This document shows, piece by piece, positions 29,878 to 38,767 of a stretch of DNA of 64,000 nucleotides. The stretch's first letter is position 1. Each line of letters starts with the position of its first letter. Below the pieces are notes generated by a model. The model did not search any database. It was not told the origin of the DNA and worked only from the letters and a program-made list of their open reading frames with translations. The DNA is from Nitrospirota bacterium. GTDB taxonomy: Bacteria; Nitrospirota; Thermodesulfovibrionia; Thermodesulfovibrionales; JdFR-86. The position numbers were made by a program, and so were the translations under genes. The stretch covers positions 499,882-563,881 of the forward strand of contig CAVRJY010000001.1 in assembly GCA_963721805.1 (NCBI GenBank), given 5' to 3'.

Positions 29878-30291
29878 TTACTGCACGACCTCTATCTTGC
29901 CCTCCATGCCCTTCTCGCGGTGGCTCTCGAAGAACAGGAGCTTCTTGTCGCAATAAAACGGGTAGGTGCCGGTCTTGGTCGGCGTGAACTTGATGACCGA
30001 GCCATCCGACGAGATCGCCTCCTTGAACTTCATCCCGGCCTCGGGCGACTCCATCATTATATCGTGCGGCACAAAGCCCTTGGTCTTCTTCACGTGGAGC
30101 TCGACCGGGACGTTCACCTTCACGATTATGCGGTCGGGGTCGAAGAAGTACTCCCCGCCGAGTACGTCCACGACCTGTACGCCCTGGGCGTTGACAGAGG
30201 CGGTAACGGTCTTTTCCTCATGCGTGCCGGCTGCGTAGGCCACCCCGGCAAGGCAGGCGGCGGCGATAAGCGCTATCAGGACTTTCTTCAT
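29878..30291 (-). CDS. Periplasmic cupredoxin-domain protein
   Basis: 137-aa ORF with a signal peptide; candidate copper ligands H (VPHD), C (YPFYC), H (ESH), M (GMEG); C-terminal GTYPFYC....H...GMEGKIEV pattern. Confidence 0.7.
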   Translation of the reverse strand: MKKVLIALIAAACLAGVAYAAGTHEEKTVTASVNAQGVQVVDVLGGEYFFDPDRIIVKVNVPVELHVKKTKGFVPHDIMMESPEAGMKFKEAISSDGSVIKFTPTKTGTYPFYCDKKLLFFESHREKGMEGKIEVVQ

Positions 30292-30335
30292 CTGTTGATC
30301 CTCCTATGGGTGTAATACCCACATTATCCCGCACG

Positions 30336-30489
30336 CCGGGGCTATGCGCAAGCGATAATATCGAGCTATACTAAGCGTATGAAGGTCATAGCCCTAAACG
30401 GCAGCCCGCGCACCGGGGCTATGCGCAAGCGATAATATCGAGCTATACTAAGCGTATGAAGGTCATAGCCCTAAACGGCAGCCCGCGCA
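30336..30489 (+). repeat. Perfect 2 x 77-bp tandem duplication spanning a -10 box and the first 13 codons of the flavoprotein gene
   Basis: 30336..30412 and 30413..30489 are identical when read base by base. Each unit contains TATACT followed 6 nt later by ATGAAGGTCATAGCCCTAAACGGCAGCCCGCGCACCGG. Confidence 0.9.
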
Positions 30490-31010
30490 CCGGCGGCAAC
30501 ACCGAGCTGCTCCTCGACGCCGCGATAGAGGGCGCGGGGGGCGCTGTCACCGTATTCAGGCTCAACGATATGAATATCAGGGCCTGCCAGAACTGCGGCG
30601 GCTGCGACAAGACCGGCATCTGCGTGATGCGCGACGACATGGACGCGATATACGACGCCATACGCACGGCAGACCGCATTATACTCGCAAGCCCGATCTA
30701 CTTCATGGCGCTCTCGGCCCAGATAAAGGCGATGATGGACCGCTGCCAGGCGCTCTGGTGCGAGAAGTACCTCCTCGGTCGCAAGTCCGTGAAGGACGGC
30801 TGCCGGGGGCTGCTGCTGGTGGTCGGCGGGCTTAAGCGCGAATCGGGGATCAGGTGCTGCGAGACCTCGGCGACCGCGTTTTTCCGCTCTATCGGGGTCG
30901 AAAAGCACGAGTCCCTCGGCTTCGTCGGCATAGACGGGAAGGGCGATATACTCACGCACCCCACCGCACTTGGTGAGGCCCGCGCAAAGGGCGCGGCGCT
31001 CGTCGGCTAG
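30456..31010 (+). CDS. NADPH-dependent FMN reductase / iron-sulfur flavoprotein family protein
   Basis: 184-aa ORF; MKVIALNGSPR.GGNT...; Cys cluster CQNCGGCDKTGIC; ...ASPIYF. Confidence 0.8.
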   Translation: MKVIALNGSPRTGGNTELLLDAAIEGAGGAVTVFRLNDMNIRACQNCGGCDKTGICVMRDDMDAIYDAIRTADRIILASPIYFMALSAQIKAMMDRCQALWCEKYLLGRKSVKDGCRGLLLVVGGLKRESGIRCCETSATAFFRSIGVEKHESLGFVGIDGKGDILTHPTALGEARAKGAALVG

Positions 31011-32182
31011 CGCTTCTTCTGAGACTTCTTCGCGGCCTCGATAACGTCGAGTAGCGGAATGCCTGAGTTCCGCGCCAGCGCGGCGCAGTCCTCATACTCC
31101 GGGGTACGCTGCACGACCTCTGCGCCCATACTCGATACCTTGACCCTCACCTTGCCCCATGGCGTGGCCGCCTCCTCGATCCTGCGGTCGAGCACCGTGC
31201 GCCCTGCCCTGTGGTGGCGCACGCCTATCGTGGTCGTCTCTTTAAATAGCGTCTCGATCACGGCGGGCCGCGCCTCTTCCGTGCACAGCACCGTGAGCAC
31301 CACGCCCGGCCGGGACTTTTTCATTATCACGGGCGCAAGCCACGCATCGAGCGCCCCGGCCGCGAGCAGCCTCTCTATCGCGTATCCGTATACCTGCGGG
31401 CTCATATCGTCAATCGTAGCTTCGACCACTGTGACGGAATCATCGGTGGAGGTCACAGCCGAGACCTCGCCCACCATGGCCCGTAAAACGTTAGGGTGGC
31501 CCTCGGTGTCCCGCCCTCCGGCTCCGTAGCCTATCGAGCCTATCGCCATCGCCGGCATCTGGCCGAAGCCGCTCGATACCGTCGCGACTATCGCGGCCCC
31601 GGTCGGCGTCGTAAGCTCGAATGCCGGGCCGCAGGAATATACCGGGATGTTCTTTTCCTTTAAGACTTCGGCGGTCGCCGGGGCTGGCACAGGGAGCACG
31701 CCGTGCGCGGCGCGCACCGTACCTGAGCCGACATTTATGGCCGAAGCGTATACGCGCTCGACAGCCAGCAGCTCTATCGCGACCATCGTGCCCACGATGT
31801 CCACGAGCGCGTCCGTGGCCCCGAGCTCGTGCAGGTGGACGTCATCGTACTGCCCGCCATGGACCTTGGCCTCTGCCTCGAACAGCCGCCTGAAGCACGC
31901 AAGCGAGCGTTCCTTCACCGCACTAGACAGGCCCGAGCGAGTGATGATCGATCTGATCCCGGCCCATCTGCGCGCTGGCTCCTTGCCTTTCAATCCTACG
32001 CGCACCGAGAGGGCGTCGATGCCCGAGCGCGAGACACGCCGCGAGCCGATCGAATAGCCAGCGATGCCCAGTTTTACCAACTCTCGTTTAATGGGGGCTA
32101 GCCCCCCACCGGCGTCCGCGAGCGCCCCAAGGCACATGTCCCCGCTGATGCCCGAGAAACAATCGAAATATAAAGCCTTCAT
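31007..32182 (-). CDS. larC: Nickel-pincer cofactor biosynthesis protein LarC (DUF111 family)
   Basis: ORF 31007..32221; internal ATG gives MKALYFDCFSGISGDMCLGAL... Confidence 0.8.
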   Translation of the reverse strand: MKALYFDCFSGISGDMCLGALADAGGGLAPIKRELVKLGIAGYSIGSRRVSRSGIDALSVRVGLKGKEPARRWAGIRSIITRSGLSSAVKERSLACFRRLFEAEAKVHGGQYDDVHLHELGATDALVDIVGTMVAIELLAVERVYASAINVGSGTVRAAHGVLPVPAPATAEVLKEKNIPVYSCGPAFELTTPTGAAIVATVSSGFGQMPAMAIGSIGYGAGGRDTEGHPNVLRAMVGEVSAVTSTDDSVTVVEATIDDMSPQVYGYAIERLLAAGALDAWLAPVIMKKSRPGVVLTVLCTEEARPAVIETLFKETTTIGVRHHRAGRTVLDRRIEEAATPWGKVRVKVSSMGAEVVQRTPEYEDCAALARNSGIPLLDVIEAAKKSQKKR

Positions 32183-32276
32183 AGGCCTCCCTCGTGTGCT
32201 ATCAAATTGCGCCCATCCCATCTATAATTTAACATAGGCTCTGGAAACGCGAATCCAAAATGGAGGACAGCGCGTA

Positions 32277-33329
32277 GTGCAGGATGATATCTTCGGACTG
32301 ATCGTGTTCGGAAACACGGTGGGGCAGTATGCCATAAGCCTGGGCATTCTTCTGGGCGGTGCGCTCCTGATAAAGCTCTTCGAGTCGATAGTGCTCAGGC
32401 GGGCGAGGGCGCGCGCCGCCGCGACCGAGACGAAGGTGGACGACGTCCTCGTTGGGCTCATAGACCGGGCTGTGTTGCCGGTTTTGTTTTTCGTCCTGTT
32501 TTACCTATCGGTCCAGCACCTGAAGCTGCACCCCAAGGTCGAGCGCGGCATATGGCTGCTGGGCGTCTCGATCTTCACCTACGTAGGCGCACGGCTGTTA
32601 AGTGCGATACTCACCGCGTATTTCGAGCACTTCTGGGGCGCGCACGACCCTGCGCGCAAAGAGAGCATTCGGAGGCTCATGCCGTTTGCGCGGGCCCTGA
32701 TCTGGGTATCCGCGACTGTGTTCCTGCTCGATAACCTCGGCTTCAGGGTCTCGGCCGTGGTGGCGGGGCTCGGCATAGGGGGCGTGGCCGTGGCGCTCGC
32801 CGCGCAGGCGATACTCGGGGACCTCTTCAGCTACTTCGCGATCATGCTGGACCGGCCGTTTTATATAGGCGAGGTGATCATGGTCGGGGAGTTCAGCGGG
32901 GCGGTCGAGCACATAGGGATAAAGACCACGCGCCTCAGGAGCCAGAGCGGCGAGCAGCTCATCGTGCCTAACAAGGACCTCACCGGCTCGCGGCTCAGGA
33001 ACCTCTCGAAGCTCCAGGGGCGGGGGGTGCAGGTCACGGTCGGCGTGACGTACCAGACCCCCGAGCCGCTCGTCTCGGCCATACCCTCGATAGTCCAGTC
33101 CGTGGTCAGCGGGATCGATTCAGCGCAGTTCGAGCGCTGCCATCTGAAGAGCCTCAGCGCCTCGAGCCTCGATTACGAGATCGTGTTTCAGGTGGCGGGA
33201 AACGACTATAATAAATATATGGACGCGCTGCAGGCGTTTAATATCGCGCTGCTTCGCGAGTTCCGCGCCAGGGGGATAGAGTTCGCGTACCCGACGCGGA
33301 CCGTATACAGCATCAGCACGGAGGGGTAA
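32277..33329 (+). CDS. Small-conductance mechanosensitive channel (MscS family)
   Basis: 350-aa ORF; N-terminal TM helices; ...AGLGIGGVAVALAAQ..LGDLFS...; beta-domain. Confidence 0.85.
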   Translation: MQDDIFGLIVFGNTVGQYAISLGILLGGALLIKLFESIVLRRARARAAATETKVDDVLVGLIDRAVLPVLFFVLFYLSVQHLKLHPKVERGIWLLGVSIFTYVGARLLSAILTAYFEHFWGAHDPARKESIRRLMPFARALIWVSATVFLLDNLGFRVSAVVAGLGIGGVAVALAAQAILGDLFSYFAIMLDRPFYIGEVIMVGEFSGAVEHIGIKTTRLRSQSGEQLIVPNKDLTGSRLRNLSKLQGRGVQVTVGVTYQTPEPLVSAIPSIVQSVVSGIDSAQFERCHLKSLSASSLDYEIVFQVAGNDYNKYMDALQAFNIALLREFRARGIEFAYPTRTVYSISTEG

Positions 33330-33356
33330 GGCCGCATAACAATCATCTTCGTATGG

Positions 33357-34175
33357 ATGGAGGCCCCGATGGCGAGCGGCAAGGGTTTATACACTGGATT
33401 ACTGCTGGTGGCGGGCGCGATAGCCGTCGCGCTCATGGCCGCTGAATTCATGACCGCGGAGGGCATGTCCATGTCAGGGAAAGAACCTGTCACCGATGCC
33501 GCGATATTCACCTCCCACCGCCCGGCCGGAAGTGCTCTCGCCACGTTCGCTATCGGCTGATTCTGGGGCACCGACTCCCGGTTCGGGAGCCTTAAGGGCG
33601 TTATCTCAACCCGCGCGGGCTATGCGGGAGGAACGACCTCCTCGCCCACATACCACGACATCGGCGACCACAGCGAGAGCCTCCAAGTGCTCTACGACCC
33701 CTCGGTGATTAGCTACGAGGCCCTGCTTCGAGTCTTCATCGAGGGCCACGACCCGTTCTCCCAGCCGTATTCGAGGCAGTACCAAAACATCGTCTTTTAC
33801 TCCGGCGAGGCCCAGCGGGCCGCGATAGAACGCGAGTTCGGCAGGCTCTCGGTTGGCGGCAGGAAGGTCACGACGCGCGTCGAGCCGCTCCGCACCTTCA
33901 CGCAGGCCGAGGACTACCACCAGAAGCACGACCTCCGCATGTTCGGAGAGTTCGAGGCTGAGCTCTCGGCGAAGCTCGGCCCCCAGTGGCTGTTCTCGAC
34001 TCCGGCGACGAGGATAAACGGATACCTAGGCGGAAGCGGCAGCTGCGAGGAGCTTCAAGCGGAACTCAAGGGATTTCAACTATCAGAGAGGCTCTCAAGC
34101 GAGCTTCGCTCTACCGTATGCCAGGGACAGGAGAGCCGCCCCGGTGCAACGTGCCCGGTCCCGGCGAGGAAATAA
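33357..34175 (+). CDS. msrA: Peptide-methionine (S)-S-oxide reductase MsrA, probable selenoprotein (in-frame UGA at the catalytic position), with N-terminal membrane anchor
   Basis: ORFs 33357..33560 and 33687..34175 are in the same frame. Hand translation across TGA 33558..33560 gives ATFAIG-U-FWGTDSRFGSLKGVISTRAGYAGGTTSSPTYHDIGDHSESLQVLYDPSVISYEALL...AEDYHQ, so the TGA replaces the Cys of the GCFWG motif. Confidence 0.75.
33575..33589 (+). promoter_or_regulatory. Candidate bacterial SECIS apical hairpin
   Basis: CTCCCG-GTT-CGGGAG starts 17 nt after the first base of the in-frame TGA and has a G/U-containing loop. Confidence 0.45.
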
Positions 34176-34193
34176 TAATGTATCATATCCCCC

Positions 34194-34958
34194 ATGGGAA
34201 TTGACGAGCTTCGTGAGATAATGGTGGCGCTCCGTGAGCGCTGCCCGTGGGACAAGAAACAGACTCGCCGCACCCTGCTGCCTTATCTGGTCGAGGAGAG
34301 CTACGAGCTTTTGGAGGCGCTCGAGGCCGACGACACCCCGGCCATACGCGAAGAACTCGGCGACCTGCTCTTTCAGATCGTGTTTCACTCCCGCATCGCC
34401 GAGGAGCGCGGCGAGTTCACGCTCGACGACGTGATCGGCGACATATCCCAAAAGATGCGCCACCGCCACCCGCACGTGTTCGGCGACGCCCGGTACGATA
34501 CGGCCGAGGAGGTCCTGGGCCAGTGGGAGACCCGGAAGAAGGAAGAGGGCAAGGGCAGGACCTCGATCCTCGAGGGCGTGCCTTCCTCGATGCCAGCGCT
34601 CCTGCGCGCCCACAGGCTCCAAAGCCGTGCGGCGCGCGCCGGGTTCGACTGGCCGCACATCGACGGCGCGCTCGGCAAGCTCGAAGAGGAACTCGGCGAG
34701 TTCCGCGAGGCGCTAAAGAAGCCCGAGGACGCCGAGGCGGTCGAGGACGAACTCGGGGACATATTCTTCGCGCTCGTAAACGTCGCGCGGTTCGTGGACG
34801 TCAATCCCGAGCACGCCCTCAGAAAGACGATCAGCCGCTTCATCGGACGCTTCCGTCATATCGAGGAGCACGCCGAGTCGGAGGGCCGCTCGCTCGATGA
34901 CATGACCCTTGAGGAGATGGACGCCCTCTGGGACGAGGCCAAACTCAAAGAACGCTAA
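34194..34958 (+). CDS. mazG: Nucleoside triphosphate pyrophosphohydrolase MazG
   Basis: 254-aa ORF; two MazG repeats with EE..EL.EA and ELGD(L/I)(L/F)F motifs. Confidence 0.9.
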   Translation: MGIDELREIMVALRERCPWDKKQTRRTLLPYLVEESYELLEALEADDTPAIREELGDLLFQIVFHSRIAEERGEFTLDDVIGDISQKMRHRHPHVFGDARYDTAEEVLGQWETRKKEEGKGRTSILEGVPSSMPALLRAHRLQSRAARAGFDWPHIDGALGKLEEELGEFREALKKPEDAEAVEDELGDIFFALVNVARFVDVNPEHALRKTISRFIGRFRHIEEHAESEGRSLDDMTLEEMDALWDEAKLKER

Positions 34959-34990
34959 AAGAAAAAGGCCGCCGGACGAATCCGGCGGCC
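34957..34990 (-). terminator. Rho-independent terminator for the convergent minus-strand operon
   Basis: GGCCGCCGGA-CGAA-TCCGGCGGCC; on the minus strand it is followed by TTTTTCTTTT. Confidence 0.8.
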
Positions 34991-35008
34991 CGTATCAGGC
35001 ATCATCCC

Positions 35009-36547
35009 CTACGAATTAAAGACGTAGTCCCATATCATCCTGAATATCCTGAACTTCGAGTCCGTGGTTCTGGCACGGAATTGCGAGCCGAGTCCATAGC
35101 CGCCGCCGGTGTCGTAATCGAGGTTGGTCGGCAGATCTACGCGCGTGGAATCCGGCGTCACGTCCGCCCTAAAGTCGTATAAGTGTCCAGAAAAATTACC
35201 GGTATAGAATATCTCCATCTCGGCGTTGGCAGGAGTATACGATGGCATCGTATAGAAAAAGCTCATCGGCGTGGGCGGCCCCGAGCTGAAATAATGTCCG
35301 GCCGGCGGGTTCGCGTCAGCCGTTGAATTGACTAGCGTGGCGAAGTCCGATGAGGTGAGTGCGGTGGACTGCTTCGCGGTGTACGGTATGGCGACGTCCT
35401 TGGACTCATAGGTGTCGGTGGCGTAAGTGGCATACCAGACGTCCACCGTATAGGCCGATGCGTCCGGGATAGCCGCGAGCGTGGCGTCGTTTATTATCAG
35501 AGCGTCGCTCCCGGAGCTTAGGAAAAACGGGTTACCGCTGGGGTCCATCTCGGCGCACTCGCTGGCGACTCCGGGGCCTGTAACGCAGATGCTGACGATG
35601 CCGAACTGACCAGGGTCTTCCGCGTTGATCTTAACGCCGCCGCCGAACGAGACGTTGTTGTCGGCGTCGATGTGCTCCTCGTTATACGCAAAGAGATAGA
35701 CGTCCGAGTGAAACCCGTTGCCTATAAACACCCAGCCGCCCGCACCGCTGTAGGCAGAGATGTCATATATGAGCCTGTAACTCATGGGGTAATAAGACCC
35801 GTCGTCTAAATGGGCTATGATTGATACGTCATACATGCCGTCGAAGGTCTGATCGGTGATCGTGACTCCGGTTACCTGGGTCAGCGCGCGGCCCGGGGCG
35901 TTAAACTTCGATATAAAGTGCTGGATCAGGCCGGACGAAATGAGCGTGGAATCGGCATTGAAGATGTCGTCGCGGGAATACCCGTCGTGGACGCCGAAGG
36001 AGGTCGCATTCGCGAGAAAGAATCCGTCGATGTCCGAGTCTGTAAGCGACGGGCTTTTGGCCTTGGATACTGCCGCAAAATCATTGAACATCTTCGCTAT
36101 CAGGTCCTGAATCGAGATGTTCAGGCTGACCGAGGCGGTCAGTATGTCGGCCGTCGCGCTCCCGGAGTAAAGCGGGTGTCCAAACGCATCGAGGAGGTCG
36201 ACATGAAACACGCGGCTGTTGCCGGCCGGGACGTCCATGGTGAGCGTCACCGAGGTGGCTCCGTTGATGTCGGCGCTGGCGGACAGCGTGCTCATGTCGC
36301 TGCCGCTGATGGTCAGGCTCACCGAGTTAAGAAAAGACGGGCCCCCGCCGACCGCCGCCTTCATCCCGGCCGAGCCCGCCAGCGCTGCCTCGGCCGACTT
36401 GGGCAGCCCCTTGAGGTTGATCGATACGCTCGCGCTGCCCGAAAAATGCGACGACGATGACGATGATCCCGATCCCCCGCCCGTGCAGCCCGCTATCATG
36501 AGCAGCCCGAGCAGGGCCGCGAGGAGTGCGAATTTATATCTGTCCAT
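35009..36547 (-). CDS. Lipoprotein of unknown function
   Basis: ORF 35009..36556; lipobox LLMIAGC followed by a Gly/Ser linker; no other motif recognised. Confidence 0.7.
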   Translation of the reverse strand: MDRYKFALLAALLGLLMIAGCTGGGSGSSSSSSHFSGSASVSINLKGLPKSAEAALAGSAGMKAAVGGGPSFLNSVSLTISGSDMSTLSASADINGATSVTLTMDVPAGNSRVFHVDLLDAFGHPLYSGSATADILTASVSLNISIQDLIAKMFNDFAAVSKAKSPSLTDSDIDGFFLANATSFGVHDGYSRDDIFNADSTLISSGLIQHFISKFNAPGRALTQVTGVTITDQTFDGMYDVSIIAHLDDGSYYPMSYRLIYDISAYSGAGGWVFIGNGFHSDVYLFAYNEEHIDADNNVSFGGGVKINAEDPGQFGIVSICVTGPGVASECAEMDPSGNPFFLSSGSDALIINDATLAAIPDASAYTVDVWYATYATDTYESKDVAIPYTAKQSTALTSSDFATLVNSTADANPPAGHYFSSGPPTPMSFFYTMPSYTPANAEMEIFYTGNFSGHLYDFRADVTPDSTRVDLPTNLDYDTGGGYGLGSQFRARTTDSKFRIFRMIWDYVFNS

Positions 36548-36562
36548 GGAGGTCACCTCTTT

Positions 36563-37339
36563 TTATCTTGGGATATTGATCTTTATCTTTACGGGCACCG
36601 GAGTGCCCGGCGCCACCGGCGGCGTTATGCCGGACGTCGGGGCCTGCAGGACCGGCGGCTCGCCGCTTGCGCCCGCGAGGTCGTCATAAAGTATCACGCC
36701 GCTCATGCCGCCCTCAGCGCCCTCAGCGCCTCCGCCACTGCTGCCGCCGGATCCGGCCGGCACGGGGCTCGGAAGCGGCTCTCCGGCTATGATCATGACC
36801 TCCTCGCCGGCATTGAGGAATATCGAGCCGGGTATCGAGGGGTCGGTGCTCCGGATCTCGACCGTGCCCTCGAGGCACGTTATGCGCGTGAAGGGCTTGC
36901 CATTAAGCATGCCGACCTCGAACTCTATGACCGTGCCGCGCGCCGCCGCTATTGTCGTCGAGGTATGGACCTCGAAGCGGTTCTTGCCCACGACGGTGCG
37001 CATCTTGCCCTCTATCAGGTTGAAGATCGTGATCCCGCCGCCCTCGCGGCCGTATACGAACTCCTTAACGCTCACCTTCGAGTTCGGCGCGAGCGTAAGG
37101 ATGCTCTCGTCTAAAAACAGCATCTTGGCGCGCGCCCCGGCCCCGGTTGTGACCGTGTCCTGGAGCTGGAGCCTGTCGTTAAGCTTTGCGTCGAGCCTCT
37201 GTCCGGCGCGCTCTATTGTAGCGCTGCCCTTGAGGTTTACAATCGAGCCGACCTCGGCGCTCGGTGCGGGCGCGGCCCATGCCGCGGAGGCCGCCGCGAG
37301 CGCGATCAAAAACGCCAATGCGTATGCGGTTTTCCTCAT
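36563..37339 (-). CDS. Secreted FecR-domain protein
   Basis: 258-aa ORF; signal peptide ...AAWA/AP; FecR-type core G.V..L.G.A.I.R.G....A....L...D.V.T...A.A...F.D.S...L...S. Confidence 0.7.
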   Translation of the reverse strand: MRKTAYALAFLIALAAASAAWAAPAPSAEVGSIVNLKGSATIERAGQRLDAKLNDRLQLQDTVTTGAGARAKMLFLDESILTLAPNSKVSVKEFVYGREGGGITIFNLIEGKMRTVVGKNRFEVHTSTTIAAARGTVIEFEVGMLNGKPFTRITCLEGTVEIRSTDPSIPGSIFLNAGEEVMIIAGEPLPSPVPAGSGGSSGGGAEGAEGGMSGVILYDDLAGASGEPPVLQAPTSGITPPVAPGTPVPVKIKINIPR

Positions 37340-37345
37340 GGCGTG

Positions 37346-38671
37346 CTAGAACCTCGCTTTCAGCAGGACGCTCGTGACCGTCCTGTCATATGTATAGAAT
37401 GATACGTTGGAATCGTTGTAGACGTATGTGACCCCCGCCTCAGCGCTCAGCCAGTTCAGTATCGGCCTTCTGACCGCTACCGAGTAGGCGCTCTCGAATT
37501 CCCTGCGGTGCCTGCCCGTGGTGGGCTCCCGCTGGAAGCGGTAGTCTCTGGCCGAGAAGTCCCCGGAGCCGATTACGGTGATCTTCCAGGGCAGCGATGC
37601 GTTTAGGACCGCGAAGCCCTTGCACATGTCGTACGATTCCCAGTCAGCGCGCGCGTCGAAGTCCTCGTACTCAAACCCGAGCCTCGCCTTGACCAGCGGC
37701 CCTATCGGGAACGCCTGCGAAATGCTGCCCGACCATCCCTCGCCGCTCATGCCGCGGTTCTGCTGCTGCACTATGACGTTATAGTACGACTCGTTGGAGT
37801 ATTTGGCGTCGAACTCGGTCGAGAGGCCGCGGCCCTCGTTGATCGTGGCCGAGGCGAGCGCACTTCGGGTCTCGCTGAACATGTCCCCGCCCATCGTGCT
37901 GAACTCATACGAGCCGATGAGCGCGGTCTTCAATAACTTCGACGGCTCGAACCCGAAGCCTATGCGTGCGGTCTGGGCCTGGACGTCGTATTCCTTGAGC
38001 ACCGCGTTCTCGTTCTGGTAGAAAGAGTAACCTATGCTGCCCGTGGCGGGCCCTGCCTTCAGGAAGTTATACTCGCCTGCGAACGAATAGACGCTCCGCC
38101 AGTCGTACTGCTGGCGGATGTCATCCGGGAGGCTCGAGCCGTGCCCCTTGAGCGCGACGTTGGAGTCGTACTGCACGCCGGTAGAAAACGCCAGCGCCCA
38201 GCGCTTCCGGGCCTCGCTGACAGTCCCTCCGGGGGCCGCCCCTTCCTCCTGCATGATCCTGAGCTGGTCTTGTGCCATGCGCGCCAGCTCGCCTCCGGGC
38301 GCGAACTCAAGCACGTTTTCGAAGAAGTCCCTGGCCTCGGAGGGCACCGCGCGCCTGTAGAAGACCATTCCGAGTTCGAAGTTCGTCACGGGGTCCATGG
38401 GCGAGGCCGCGAGCGCGCGCTTGAGGTGGCTGGTGGCCTCCTTGTACTGTGACTTGTCGCCCTTGCGGCTGAGCGTGATGCCGAGGTAGAGCTCGGCCTC
38501 TGCGCTATACGGGTTTTCGGCCAGCGCAGAGCGGAACGCCTTCTCTGCGTGCGAGTAGTCTTTGGAAGCGAGCGCTGCCTTGCCCTCGGACATGAGCGAG
38601 CCGAAATCCGCCCCCCATGCAAGAGACGCGGTAAATAACAACACGATGGCAAGCGTTAGGATTCTTCTCAT
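37346..38671 (-). CDS. Outer-membrane beta-barrel protein with N-terminal TPR region
   Basis: 441-aa ORF; signal peptide; TPR segment; alternating beta-strand pattern; C-terminal ...VLLKARF with terminal Phe. Confidence 0.65.
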   Translation of the reverse strand: MRRILTLAIVLLFTASLAWGADFGSLMSEGKAALASKDYSHAEKAFRSALAENPYSAEAELYLGITLSRKGDKSQYKEATSHLKRALAASPMDPVTNFELGMVFYRRAVPSEARDFFENVLEFAPGGELARMAQDQLRIMQEEGAAPGGTVSEARKRWALAFSTGVQYDSNVALKGHGSSLPDDIRQQYDWRSVYSFAGEYNFLKAGPATGSIGYSFYQNENAVLKEYDVQAQTARIGFGFEPSKLLKTALIGSYEFSTMGGDMFSETRSALASATINEGRGLSTEFDAKYSNESYYNVIVQQQNRGMSGEGWSGSISQAFPIGPLVKARLGFEYEDFDARADWESYDMCKGFAVLNASLPWKITVIGSGDFSARDYRFQREPTTGRHRREFESAYSVAVRRPILNWLSAEAGVTYVYNDSNVSFYTYDRTVTSVLLKARF

Positions 38672-38767
38672 GACGGTTTGATCCCCTCCCCCTGATATGT
38701 CACGGCATAACTAAACTATTCTTTAAAGGGAGGAAAAGTCAATAGATTTCGTTATCCAGCGCGCTTT

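Noticed and set aside
33558-33560. TGA in msrA as an ordinary stop, giving a 67-aa peptide plus an N-terminally truncated MsrA
   Set aside because: The downstream sequence continues in the same frame as uninterrupted MsrA, and the TGA occupies exactly the catalytic Cys column. A truncated protein starting at 33687 would lack the active site. A sequencing error (TGC/TGT to TGA) remains a formal alternative.
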